A DNA stretch of 64,000 bases from Dimorphilus gyrociliatus (lineage: Eukaryota; Animalia; Annelida), in contig CAJFCJ010000004.1 in assembly GCA_904063045.1 (NCBI GenBank), forward strand, positions 1,543,713-1,607,712, given 5' to 3'. The position numbers and the translations under genes are program-made. The notes below the pieces were generated by a model. That model was not told the DNA's origin. It did not search any database and saw only the letters and a program-made list of their open reading frames with translations. Positions 26,892 through 40,169 of this stretch are shown here, piece after piece. Each line of letters opens with the position of its first letter. The stretch's first letter is position 1.

Positions 26892-28702
26892 CTACAAGAG
26901 TTCCAAATTCTTCCCCGCATATTTTTGGTCTTTACATGTGCAAAACGGAAAATTGCAACAAGGCTGTAACCATGGTCTTGGTAATATTCTTAATATATTA
27001 AATTGTGACGGGCTCGGCTCGATTGAACTCCTGTGCTCCGCAACACCTTTATTTATCTTTTTCACTATATCAGCATACTTCTCTTCCTCAATATCTAGTA
27101 ATCGGTCCTCATAGGGATCTTCTTCAATATTGTATAGTTGTGGAACATCTAGTTTTATCATATCACGATCACTAAAGCAATCACAGACGAAGTGTATGCA
27201 TTCATGAGACTGGGGCCCCCATTTAGTCCTATAATAGTACAATTTCCAAATTCCTCCATCGCCGCTATAGCGTGCTGCGTGAATGCTAATTCCGCAGTAA
27301 TGAAGCATCAACTCGTGAACTGGCTCCACTGTTTCTTTTGTAAGCAGAGGCATTAAATTCTTTCCATCAATTACCCTATCTTGCGGTAATTTGGCGTCAG
27401 TAATAGCAGCGATTGTAGGGGCAACATCCATCAGCCCAGTAACCTGCTTAACTCTAGTGCCCCTAGCAATCTTTTTCGGCCAACGAATTGCAGTTGGAAC
27501 GCGTATACCACCTTCTGCTGCACCCTGGGTCTTGCTTCCTTTAAATTTACCGTTCCAGCCACCTTCTACTTCGCCATTTACTCCCCTCTCTTCCAAATGA
27601 CCACCATTATCAGATGTAAAATAGACGAATGTATCATTTGCTAAACCGAACTCTTCAAGTGTGTTTAAAATTTCTCCAGTACTCCAATCCATTTCCTCTA
27701 TATTATCTCCATAACGTCCGTGACGACTCTTACCCCGAAAAGAACGAATGTTATGTAGTGCAGTATGAACTTGAACCCAGGACATAATTAAGAAAAACGG
27801 TTTTTTTTCTTTAACACTGTCGGTAATAAATTCTTTCCCCTCTTGAACTAATCTCGGTGTGAGAGAGTCCAGATGAATAGGTTGTTCAACAACCTCAAAA
27901 TCCCTCATAACGATCGAGTTGAATTTCTTCAAATGCGTATAATAATGGCTAATGACATATATTAAGCCGCCAATTATCAGACAGAAGGTCAGTGCAGATA
28001 TCAAAGACCATATATTTTTTCTATATAAATAAATTGATGTAAAAGCGGTAATAATTAAAATTAAAACATATGAATGGGGTAGAAACTTTAGACGAGATGT
28101 AAAGACTGCTAGTCCTTCATCGCCAAAATCTTGTAAATTAGTTAGAGGGATTCCATAGAATCTATCAAAACCATGATTTAGAGGATGATGGCAAAAATCA
28201 TTACGAGATCCACAGTTCAATCCTAAATGCCATTTACCGATTATTGCTGTATTGTAACCCTGTTGCTTTAAGCTTTTTGCAATTGTTGTTTCATTTTTTG
28301 GTATTCCCGAAACACTTGACACAAATATATTTACACGAAAGATGTTATGGGTTAACATTCCTGTAATCATTTCAAAATTTATCTTTGAAAGCACTTTGAT
28401 AATAATAGAATAGGCTTACCCATACGAATAGGGTGTCGTCCTGTCAATAGCGCAGCCCGACTTGGTGTGCATACGCTAGCAGGAGCAAGATGGTGTTCAA
28501 GAATGGCTCCATCAGAAGCTAATTTGTCTATATTCGGAGTTCTTATAGTATTATTGCCCAAAAATCCAACATCACCATAACCGAGATCATCAGCAATAAA
28601 AACTACAATATTAGTTGTTGAGATCGGTCGAACAACAATATAAACTATCAATAGAAATATTGAGTAATTTTTTAAGAGCATGATTACAGACTTCGAAACC
28701 AT
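26892..28702 (-). CDS. STS: Steroid-sulfatase-like arylsulfatase (STS/ARSD/E group), about 580 aa
   Basis: Exons 28702-28420 and 28360-26892 (59-nt intron). Signal peptide, [20 protein letters not shown] formylglycine motif, GKWHLG, two internal hydrophobic helices, FTSDNGG. Confidence 0.92.
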
Positions 28703-29023
28703 TTTCGATGATTATTTTCGTTTCAGCAGCTTTTCTGATCGTAGTCGAGCGTCTGAATTACAATTTCTTAATTCTCAACTTATATGTATCATCCGATGAC
28801 ATGATCAGACGATATACGGTCAATCTGATTACAAATAGTTAAGCGATTACTGAAGTACGCGAACAAGGTCTCTTAAACTGTATTGTCAAGAGTAAACTGC
28901 CATCTACTGTACATGTATGCTATTGACTATTGATTTTATTTTTTAATAGAGGCCTATAATATGATATATAAAAACTTGTATCAGAACACGTCAAAAGGTC
29001 CAAAATTAGAACAGAAAATAGAC

Positions 29024-29094
29024 AAAATGTTGGGGGTTCCCTCGTCGGGCATAATTCCTTAAAATTTAGAATTATACCGTCATAAATACATTTT
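29024..29094 (-). promoter_or_regulatory. SECIS element in the GPx 3' UTR
   Basis: On the minus strand: helix I AAAAUGU/ACAUUUU, core AUGAC/CGAC, helix II GGUAUAAUUCU/GGAAUUAUGCC, apical loop starting AAA. Confidence 0.88.
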
Positions 29095-29173
29095 TCTATT
29101 AAAAGCACTAAGATCCTCCTTATGACAAAAAGCAAACAGTGCTTGGCTGCTTAGCACGCATTTACTTTTTTTC

Positions 29174-29809
29174 TTATTTCTTCATCATTTCTTCGATATC
29201 AGCTTTGATATCTTTGGTCAGAAAGTGACGACTGTAACGTTTAACAGGCACGCCATTCTTATCAACCAAAAATTTTTCAAAGTTCCACGAAATGTCGTTA
29301 CGGCAGACTGGAGACCAAATGATGAATTTTGGATCACCCATTAGCATAGTTTGTTCGTCAGATGGTACTGGGAGACTCGTTCTGAGAAACTAAAATAACC
29401 CAAAGATATAGCAATTAGTGTAATGATAGGATCATATTTGAAATTTTACCTCAAACAATGGATGGGCGTTGGCACCATTAACCTCGACCTTTCCTAAAAC
29501 GTGAAATTTAGGAACGAAGCCATTACCAGGTCTAACGTATTTAAGATTAGTCAAAATTTCGCCGTTTGACCCATTTTCCTGATGACCAAATTGGTTGCAA
29601 GGAAACGCCAGTATTTGCAGCCGGTCACCGAACGTTTCCTGCAGTTCGTTCATTTGCGTGTAATCACGCGTGGTTGTACCTCAGAGAGATGCAACATTTT
29701 CAATTAGGACGACTTTGCCTTTAAAAGTCTCCAATGGGAGCACCTTCTTCTCGAGAGTCTCAACACTGAATTCGTATATTTTTTTTGCACTGTTCGCCAT
29801 GCCACTCAT
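29174..29809 (-). CDS. GPX1: Selenocysteine glutathione peroxidase (GPx1/2-like), 191 aa, possible extra leader exon 29901-29869
   Basis: Exons 29809-29450 and 29389-29174. In-frame TGA at 29683-29681 in NVASL-U-GTT; [13 protein letters not shown]; [10 protein letters not shown]. Confidence 0.95.
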
Positions 29810-31483
29810 CTAGAAAGTGATGAATACTTCGATATATTAAGCGCTATATAGTTATACCTTTCACATACCTTTCGCAATGCCCTAAATGTTGACATTGTCA
29901 TCACCTATGGATAGAACATGAAAAAAATTATAATAAAAATATATTAACCTCTTATATTCGGAGTACATTAACAAATAAAAGTGATTAAGACTGCTTATGC
30001 AGCTATAGTTCGTAATTAATTGTAAATTAGCCCACAGGAACTGTCCAGGTGGCACCACTACTCTTAGTAGTTATCAAATATTAGGAATCGTGAGATAGAA
30101 TTACTTAAGTGACTAAATGTTTAGAAGAACGAATTATTTGTAAATTCGCGGCCAATTGTGTTTCTCATATTTAAGTAAACATGGTTTGAGCATTTGCATG
30201 CTTTAGGACTAAAGTGTCTCGAATTTCGCTCAAAAAAATCAAATTCCCGTTAAACATACGTTTTTAGAGTCCCCAAGTGTTGATTACAGTACAACCACTT
30301 ATATTATATAAAATATATCTGTATATTTATATATCTTAAATATAGTTTCGCGAAACAATGCAAACGTATACTCTCAATAACTTTCTGAAGGAGAAACCGT
30401 ATTGGGAGCGATAATTAGGTAAAAGACCAATTTAAAAGCACATGGGAAGACAAAAGCTTTAAAGTATAATCATTATGGTGATAATTGATTCAAAGATGTA
30501 AAAACTTTTCAAGTTTACAAATATTTCGATAGAAAGGTGAATTCTTACCCTTAACAGCTGAAGAACACTTTGAAAGACAGCGTTTTCAGTTAAGATAGAG
30601 GAAAATTTGGAATCGATTTCGCATACCGGAAGCGCGGGATAAAGACTGTACTATTATTCGATAAGGTCACAATAGAGCAGATTCCTACACGAACATAGTT
30701 TATTTACCTATGGGAATATATGTATATATATATATAGTTTATAAACTGTAACGCATAATTGATAAGGTTAAGAATTGTTAATTGAGGAGTAGGCGCACAG
30801 ATCACTGGTCGATATATGAGGATAAAAATCACATGAATTACCTATAAAATCCATTCATACTTAGATGAATAAAATCACTTGGCGTTTGTTATATGCGGTT
30901 TAACGCCCAATCGTAAATGTCCCGTTCAAATAATAAACGAATGCGATCCAAAATCAACACTGGATTAACTATCGAGATTACATAACTACCGTCAATATTT
31001 ACAACGAAAAATAGTCTTATCAATTATCAACTCGAAAAGCATTCATCAAGTTTTTCTACTGTTGTTTGTCCCACGTATACATCTACTAAAAGCAACACAA
31101 ATACGGCGTTCCAGTCGTAGAGTGGCGACTGTATCGAGTTCGATTTCGATTATCAATCAGAAAAAGAAGAACGAGAACGAACTAGTAAGTAATTCATAAA
31201 TTATATAATAAATTCGCAGTTATAGAGGAAAACATTGTATAATTTAGCATACATTTTGTCGTATTCATATGTTAATCTTATGTATTCGTGGGAAGATGTA
31301 GGCATAGACCAAATCTTAACTGTAAAAACTAGTTGTCTATCAGCTTGGTGAAACCTTCAGACGGTTTATTGCAACGAGACTGTCCTCTTTGAACATGGAT
31401 TAAACAAAGACAATGTAGACATTAGCTATTATTGATCGTTAAAAGTCTAGTATAGAGATCCTTTTTTTTCCAGCAGTTGAAAA

Positions 31484-31848
31484 ATGTCGGCGTATCTGCG
31501 CCGATGCAAAACAGCAACACCACTTGATCGACAACTATACGACGGGTAAGCATTTAATTGGGATTACGTTTAGCTCATAATTAATATTTATTTAATGGTA
31601 AATGATCCGTGCACAGAGTAGCTATTGTTAAAAGTGCCTAAATGATATATATAAACTTCGTGTATATAGTAAAATATAATTAATAGGAAGGTAAGAAAAA
31701 GCTAATAATTGGCATATATTCCAAAAGTTTACAATGTATAGTTCATATCTATGCATAGATATATTATATAGATACATTTTTCTGTATATCACAATTTCAT
31801 ATTACACTACAAATACCATATAAATAAAACAAGGCAAGCTTATGAAAC

Positions 31849-31885
<37 letters not shown>

Positions 31886-33542
31886 ATATATATTAAATCA
31901 TTAAAAACTCTTTTGCCTTAATACCATGAATATTCTCCCTCTCAATTCAAAACCCAATTTTAGGACGTTATTAAAAATACACTTATTAAGATATTACTGT
32001 ATAGCTGATTTATACGTTTAAACAAATAAAAGTCGCATATATACAGTATATGAATATTGAAAATATACTTATTTATTAAGATATGACTATTTAGTAAGTT
32101 GTTCACATTTTCATGAAAAAAAAACAGCACATGATATAATATGTATATACATGAACAAGTAAAAAAAATGCAAATGGAATGTTTTATAGGCCAAGTATTT
32201 AGCGTTTCCTTGGTGTATAGAGTAAAAAAAAAAAGAAAGTATCGACTGCGACGTAATCGGTCGATATCGTCTGTATGAAAACTCTATGGTGGCGCTTTCA
32301 AAAAAGCCTTTTGAACGGATTAGGAGATTTCAATAACACGCTTGCATTCTGTTTGTTGGGTAAAAAATTTTTTATAAGAATTCAGACATGTTTTGATTCG
32401 GCGATAATTATAGGGAGTTCTATGCAAGTATAGCCATTACTATTTAGAATTGCACGTCTGTAAGCATTAGTAGAAAGAATTGTTTTGTGTTGTATTATTA
32501 TTTGTTTCGTTTACTATCTTTGTCATCCTATTACTTCGTTTAGGAGGAAGTAGACGCTGTGAGGTAAGAATTATAATCGGGTTGCCACATCGATTAAATT
32601 AACTAGGAAACTATTATGTTCAATCATTATTTTATTCGCCTAAAATCGATCGTCATTCATATACAGGAACGAATCGAGACCGTCCAGCGCTTGTCAGGTA
32701 TGTAATTTTATTCCATAAATATTAAACTCCATCAAATTAAGCTTAAAATTTTATATTAATATACTGTATACTAACATGATTTTATATGCTCAGTATACAG
32801 TATTTATTTATTGATTCAAGTATTTCTTTTTAAAAATTAATTTGAACGAGATGATTGCCTGATATATAGATGAACTTTTATGAAATTTTAAATGGCCTGT
32901 TTTCACCTGATTTTCTTTCAGTAGAAGATGGAAGAGGAGGTTTATAACAATTACTATCAAAGAATTATATCCAGAAATGGAAACAACGCGTCTTTTGAAG
33001 AGGTTATCGACCTTAAACCGGTGACGGCTAACAACAATAGATCGTATTATTATCCCTCCAGTCCTCCTCTGTATGATTTTTTTCTTCTTTTCATTATTAT
33101 TTTTCACTAACATTTTATATTTTTCAATCTGCTCAACAGCTTCCGTTGTGGAAGATTAGGATCACCCTGGAGACATATTAGGCAAACAACTGGAAACCTT
33201 GGTAACAACATACTCTTTATTGACGGAACCGTCAAATCCAGAGATATGTCCCGCTTTCCACCATACGGACTGGCTGAACCGACCAATCAATACAATTCGA
33301 TTAACTCCCCCAAGAAGATCCGTTACACATCTAGGCCAAAAGTTTTGCGCAAGTATTGGTATGAGGAAAAGCAGCCTGCTTCATGTAAGATATCTAACTC
33401 TTTAAAAATTCTTAACAATGCTCCTATTCTTTAAGGAGTCTTTACCCTGTCTTAAATAGGAAAATGACTTATTTAATTCATTATTTCTCTTCCATCAGTC
33501 CCTTATAGGGGCTACCGGTACGTGGAGGAAAGGACTAAATGA
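31484..33542 (+). CDS. Uncharacterised multi-exon protein, about 177 aa, basic and Tyr/Arg/Pro-rich
   Basis: Phase-consistent exons 31484-31545, 32667-32697, 32925-33070, 33140-33384, 33499-33542; alternative last exon 33733-33791. No family recognised. Confidence 0.55.
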
Positions 33543-35630
33543 AGGGGTAAAATTGTCTAACTTTTTCACTTTGTTGCAATTGTCTAGCGAATTTTTTTAG
33601 TTATTACTTTTTTACATTTTTTATTCAACGTGTATTGTTTAGACCTGAAAAAAAGCCGCTTAGTCTCCCACAAGCGCATTTTTTTCGGTTTTTTTTTTCT
33701 TTCATTTCTTTAGCCTATTAAAATCGTTACAGATTATGCTCCAAAACGAACGATTGTAGGAAATTTTCATAGGATGACTACTGGATATTGAATTCCTCTC
33801 TTATTTCTCTCTCCTCCAGCCCTGTCTACAGAAAAAAAACACACCTTCCCTCCTCACTACTTATTTTTTTAAATCTTTTATTACCTTAAAAGGATTTAAA
33901 AAAGGCTGACAAAAAGTTATTAGTTAGTTCTCTGCTTTATCCTTTCATTAAAAAAAATAGCCTAAAAAGTGAAAAGGCTTAAAACATGAAAAAAATCTGT
34001 ATTTTTTATGTTTTAAGTAAAAAAAAAGGTTAAAATATTTAAAAGTGTAAAAAAAAAGCAACAAATGAACTATTTTTGATTGTGGTGTCGACTTATCCGT
34101 CTTTGTCTATCTTTCTTTCTATTAAAAAAAAGAGCTATATTTAATTTCCCTTTCTGAAAGAAAAAAATATGTCAACTATTTCTCTCTTTCTGCTTTTCAA
34201 TAAAAAAATACTCCCACTCTTCCCGCAACATTGGATGAGACTGCAGGAGACATCAAAACCTAATCCAGTATTAAAGAAGAAAAAAATATTTGAGTGTGAT
34301 GTATATATATATATATATATATATTCTAATATATATATATACATTCTTTTTGCACAATTTATATTCACTATGCTTAAAATACAATATATATAAAAATACA
34401 TATATGTTTGTGTGTCTATGTCACAACTCTATTAATTTTTATTTCTTTTAGTTAAAACTCTCCTTTAAAAATAAGAATAAAGACTAAAAGAAATCTAACG
34501 CAAAATATAAATTTAAAAACAAGAAAAGTAAAATATGACACTATTGTAATATTTACTAATGAAATACTTATATATATATATAATATTTAATAATATAGAT
34601 TATCCTATATATATACAATATAGCTAGATATTTTATATACTGTATAGAGATAGAGACAGAGACTGGGAGATATTACAATATATAATGATATGTTATAGAT
34701 AGTAGTATGTTAGGCTATCATAGATCTCCCTCTCCTACTTGTCTAAATTATACTGATTACAAAATCCAGCTACGTATAAATTAGCAAAGAAAAACTTTCT
34801 ATTCAAACTGTTTTCTCTTGTCCATTACCTTCTCAACAATCGCAAACTGATATTGCAAAACTAAACTTGAATTTACAATGCTTGTCAATTCATATTGATA
34901 TAGATTCTCAATTGAAGAATACTAAACAAATCAATTTTGACTTTTTAACAAACAAATCCAATGAAACGGAATCATCTCTGAAAAGGTCTGTATCACTTGA
35001 GCAGGCGTTTTGAGAAATCTTGTTTTTTATGTCGAGCAAATGTGAAAGATGAGAAGAAATAGTTAAATAAGATAGTTAAGAATTGTATCACCCAAATAGA
35101 CTAATTTTAAAAATAATCGTATGTTTAATTTTCGCAAGGCAAATGCTTTTTTTCAGACGGATCCATTAGTACCGGTTAAAAGACATGAACGTGTATTGCT
35201 AGAACAATGAATGAATAAATAAATCCTATGCATAATTAAATAACTTTATTATATTTTTTTTATACGAAACAAATTCTTTTATTGCTGACAAAAAAAGAAG
35301 GAAAGAAGAAAGAACGGGGGAAAATAATGAGATATCATTTTTTCCCATTTTTTTTAGCACCCTTTCTTCGTAGACTCATTTTTTTCTTTATAAAGTAAAG
35401 GAATCGTACCGAAAACAAGCCAAATACATATATACTAATTTCTTATAAAGTACAACCTTATCTGATTTTGAATTTCGACAATACAGCGTAAACACGCACA
35501 CACATAAGTATACATGCGTATACTGTATACGCAAAACACAGGTTATTGAAAGAGAGAAAGAAACAAACAGAAATTAAAACCGACAAATAAGAAAGAAAAA
35601 ATAATTGAATTAATCGAATCAAAATCCTCT

Positions 35631-38600
35631 TCAAGAATACATAGTTGTTTGAATAAACTGTATAGGATAAAGAGACATAATCAGATTTTTTTAATAAAAG
35701 TATATTATTACTTTTATGACCACTTGTAAATAAAAGGTGATACTTACGCAGTCAAGATCAAACTCCGCATTGCCGTAAGGAGTCCTTTGCATTTCCGTAA
35801 ATATATCTATATTTGGTAATAAATATAATTAATCCATTTAATATATTTAATATAATTTTTTTTATATTATTAAAGAAATATCTTACCGAACATTGTCTTC
35901 ATTCTAACTACGCAATGTATAAAATCGTCGAAATATATTGTTCCGTCTCTATAACTATAACGTTTCACCAGAGTGTTAAATGTTGAATTACTTATTTTAT
36001 AGCCAACTGCATGGAAAACGTTACGTAGCTCATAACTATTGAAGGTGCCGCTTCTATCCTTATCGTATTGTTTGAAAACACTCTATACATATAGAAGAAA
36101 AGAAAATTATATGAAATATCAAAGAAAGATAATTAAATTTTCTTAGAAACCTTCCACATTCTTATATCCATCCATAGTTTCTTAAATTCTTCGTAACCCA
36201 ATTTTCCAGACCTATCAACGTCCATTAGTGCAACCATGCTTCTACAAGTTTCCGAGCTAAACCCATTAAAAGTGAATTCTGTTAAGAAATTAGATAATTT
36301 TATTCAATTTCAGTACCAAAGTGATAAAATTCATTATTTTATAGATCCGAAAGAGTGAATTATAAATATGCAGCGACTTATAGAATAATAGAAACGAGAA
36401 AATGAAATTAAGACACAATATAAATAAAGAGATTCTATTCAAGAAAATATAAAGTTTTAAAGAAAGAAGACACGCTAGATGGCGTAATTAGTTGTAATAA
36501 AAATACGAATTTCTTTACCTGCTCCTATATAGGCATAGGTTGCGTTAAGGAAATCATTAAAAATAGTATAATATTATTTAATACCAAACCGTAAAATATT
36601 GAATAAACTGTATATTTAATATATATTTTTGACATTTTGCTTACCTTTCTTAAAGGCATTATCCAAAATTGCCTGCAGCTCATAGGCGTCAATCTCCAAA
36701 TCTCCTCCAGAAATGCTTCTAAAAGCTGATTTCATCAGCCGTTCCGTTTCCGTGTCAGTGATGGGCACTTGAATCTAAACGAGGTAGTCATTTGATATAA
36801 TTAGTTTCTTTAAAATTCAGGGAAAGATAGACAGATCGATTTATAAACTATGTTATTACTTGTAAAACTCTAAATATATTAATAAAGCTGCTCTAGTTAT
36901 GTTATATATTTCTTATACACATATGTGTAAATCACAAAAATAAACAATTGATTATTAAAAGATGAAAACTTAAGCGAGAACTATTTCTTTAATTAAGGGT
37001 TAGATATTAATTAGAGCTATGCTATTTAAACATTACCGTAATCCTTTTACGTTTTTTCCCATTCTATTCGTAATTAATATTAAAAAACCCGATAAAGTGA
37101 TATAATCAATAGAAAAATTAATAAATTATATAAAATATTTGCTAATTCTTCAGCGCTAATCAAACCAATAAAAACTTTATGGAAGACGTACTTTAACATC
37201 AGTCACGCAAGTTTCTTCATCTAATTCACTACAAATACGGCATGAATTAGCTCTCAATTATCATATTATAGACTGTAATTTACTTGGTGGTATTCGTTTT
37301 TTCCGAGAAGATTCTTAACAAAAATTCGGCTTCATGATTTGGCTCAAAAGTCGATGGGATAATACAATATTGGCCAGGTTTCAGCTTGTGGCGCCCACAA
37401 ACTTCCCTCATATTAATAAAGGCCGGTGACCTGGCTTGAGATTGATGGTACTTGAAAAACTGAATACCAAGAGGTTCGTTAACTGTTTCTTTCAACTGTA
37501 AGGAATAGAAAGCTGATAAAAGAACAAACCTAAAAAAAAGAAAGTATTTTCAATATAGCAAAAGTAGGGTTTTTTTTTAATAAAAAAAAAACAGAATTGT
37601 TAAGTATGTCTAATAAATAAAAATTTTTCCAATCGTACCGTACAAACAATAAAGTGAAACAGCCAGAATTTCATTTTTATAGATTAGACTTGTAGTAGCG
37701 TATAGCAATAACGTTATTGATTTTTCCATTAAATTTAAAAATGTGTATAAAAGCACTATGCTGTATAGCAATTAAAAAAAAGAGAGAAAGTCAAAGATAG
37801 CAACAAATAGGGGAGAAAAAAAGCAGAAAAATAAAAAATCAATTAAAAATTATGGGTTATAAAATGTTTAAAAACAATAAAATGCAACTTTCTTAAAAGC
37901 TATTAATTATGAAAGCTGAAATGGAAAGGGAAAAGCATTAATTAATATATCCTATACCTTGTCAGGAACCTTAAAATATATATGAGAAAAGAAAGTAAGT
38001 ACAATAAAAGAATAGAAAAAACAATAGATAAGAAAGGTTATACAACAACGTAATTAGCTTAAGAGTGAAGTGATATCAGTTTTAAAAAAATCATTATGAT
38101 TAACTTTTAAATACATTATAAATATATATATATATATATATATTTAGATAAATCTTATCAGTCTACAAACCTCGTAAATAACGTAGCCTATTGTTAGCAA
38201 ATCTTTTCCTTCTTTGCGCAACTTACGACGGCCAATTTGCATAAGTCCTATAATTATTGTACCCAGATCTTCTTCATCATCTTCATCTGGATCCGTAACT
38301 GTTACCCGATATTGAGGGTTTGTCCAAAAAGTTTCTGGTATAGAAGTATATAATATTTAAAATGATATCTTAAATATGGCGTCTTGAAGTTACCTAGAAA
38401 ATTTCTGCAACCTCCAGCATTTACGTTCTTTCTCCACGAACCATAGAGTTTAGTCCCTTCCCATTTTCTTTTGTGTTTTCTGGAATCCAATGGAGACTCT
38501 GGTCCAAGATTACAAATCTCTAATTTATGGAAAGCTTCGCAAAAGTCGTGAAATGACATCCAAAACTCTCCATCGTCATCAAAAACTAAACCGATTTTCT

Positions 38601-39858
38601 TCCTCTCAGCTTCAGAAATGAATTGCCATTCTGTTGAACCGTCACTCCATCCACCCAACCATTCAGCTTCATTTCCCCATGGATTTCGTATTCTTATCAT
38701 CGGTACCGCAACTCTCGTTGACGATTCAACTTCAACATTTCTTACTGAGGTTATACTATAAGCATGACCACATATGAGGCCATTTCGTAGCCTTGCTTCA
38801 ACTTGACCTGGAATAGCTTCGATAGAGCAACCCATCAATGAGTTTCGTTCAAAGGCTTTAGTTAATATTTTCCAAAGATTAGAGGGCCTAGTTTTAGGAC
38901 GAATATCAAACAACTCAGTAACACCCCCAGTGAAATCTTCCATAGCTTCGGCAGCGGAACCACCTCTAAGTGCCTCATAAGATCCAACAAGTTTGGCGTA
39001 CGCTTTTTCCAGAAGAGCTGTCCAAAATTCATCTGGATCTTTTGAGTGCATATACACAAGTTGACCATTGTAGGTGGGTAGGCGATCATCCACGATCACT
39101 TCAGTCCATTCACCAAAACGCCAGAAATTAAAACGAAAAACTCCGCAGTAGCCGTTACTTCTTTGAAAGTATTGATCGGGAGGTACAACCTTAAATAAAA
39201 GTTCATCGTGCAAAGTAAGACTGGCTATGGCTGCTAGCAACCAACAATCGCCCAATTCCCCCTGTTGAACGTCAAATCGACTAGCACCTTCAACAAATAA
39301 CTTGGGATTGTCGCAAATTTCCTGAAATTAAGATATATTCAAGAGTTATTCATACTAATCCATATGTTCACTTATCATAAATCTTATCTATATTAAGTTC
39401 TATATTTATTAGTTGCTTATAAATTTTTGTACTAATTATCTTCTTATAATTTATCAACTTACATGCGGTCGTTTCCATTCAATTGCTCTTTTTGGCCTTC
39501 CTTGAAAAGTCAAGCTTGAATCGGTTGCGGGAAAATCTCCATCTTCAAAGAGTCGACCTTCTCTCAAGCATTTAGATCTCACCTCATCGAAACTCTTTCC
39601 TCTCATTTCCAACGATGTATTATAATATGGTTTAATTTTTCTGTTCGATCCTCCCCATCCTTTCGAATATCTTTTTGATCTATCGAAATAGTTGGTTTGT
39701 TCTGGTGTTTGACCGTGAGAAAAACCATTATTTCCAATATTTCCACCATATCTATATATTTTTGATTCTGTCCTTTCTCCATCAGGGCTCGCGATTGTAC
39801 AAACTTCTGTAACGGTTGCGCGAACAGGGCCAATTTCAGAATAGTTAATTGAACTCAT
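35631..39858 (-). CDS. Classical calpain (CysPc, C2-like and penta-EF-hand domains), catalytically intact
   Basis: Exons 39858-39463, 39321-38394, 38334-38171, 37969-37958, 37495-37284, 37228-37192, [37063-37037], 36774-36645, [36524-36519], 36278-36151, 36082-35887, 35806-35748, 35657-35631. QQGELGDCW (Cys 39246-39244), GHAYS (His 38766-38764), RNPWG (Asn 38685-38683), EF-hands DVDRSGKL and DKDRSGTF. 5' UTR intron 39977-39878. Confidence 0.95.
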
Positions 39859-40169
39859 TCTTTCACCGTTGCACGACCTAAAATGAAAAAAGTTTTATTA
39901 TTTTAGTTTCTCTATTCTCTCATAAGTGCAAAATACTGGCCAACGGCTGCAAACCATCCGTGCACTGGCACACTTACATTTTCAGTAATGTTTTCAACAA
40001 TGACTGGTCAAGGCTAATTACAATATAGAACTTTTAATTTCTTTTGAAAGAATTTTGCTAAACTTTTATCAACTTTTTACGCTTCAAGATTATCAATTCA
40101 ACTAATGCAGCTTTATAAGGCTTAAAAAGATAGACCGAAGTCAGCTCGAGTCACGTTGTGTTGTCCCAT

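Noticed and set aside
27391-27600. Antisense ORFs over STS, GPx, calpain, NR2E and the neuropeptide gene
   Set aside because: Shadow frames of real coding exons.
29905-31470. Short ORFs and splice-like sites between GPx and the orphan gene
   Set aside because: Stops in all tested frames; probably UTR exons or promoter sequence.
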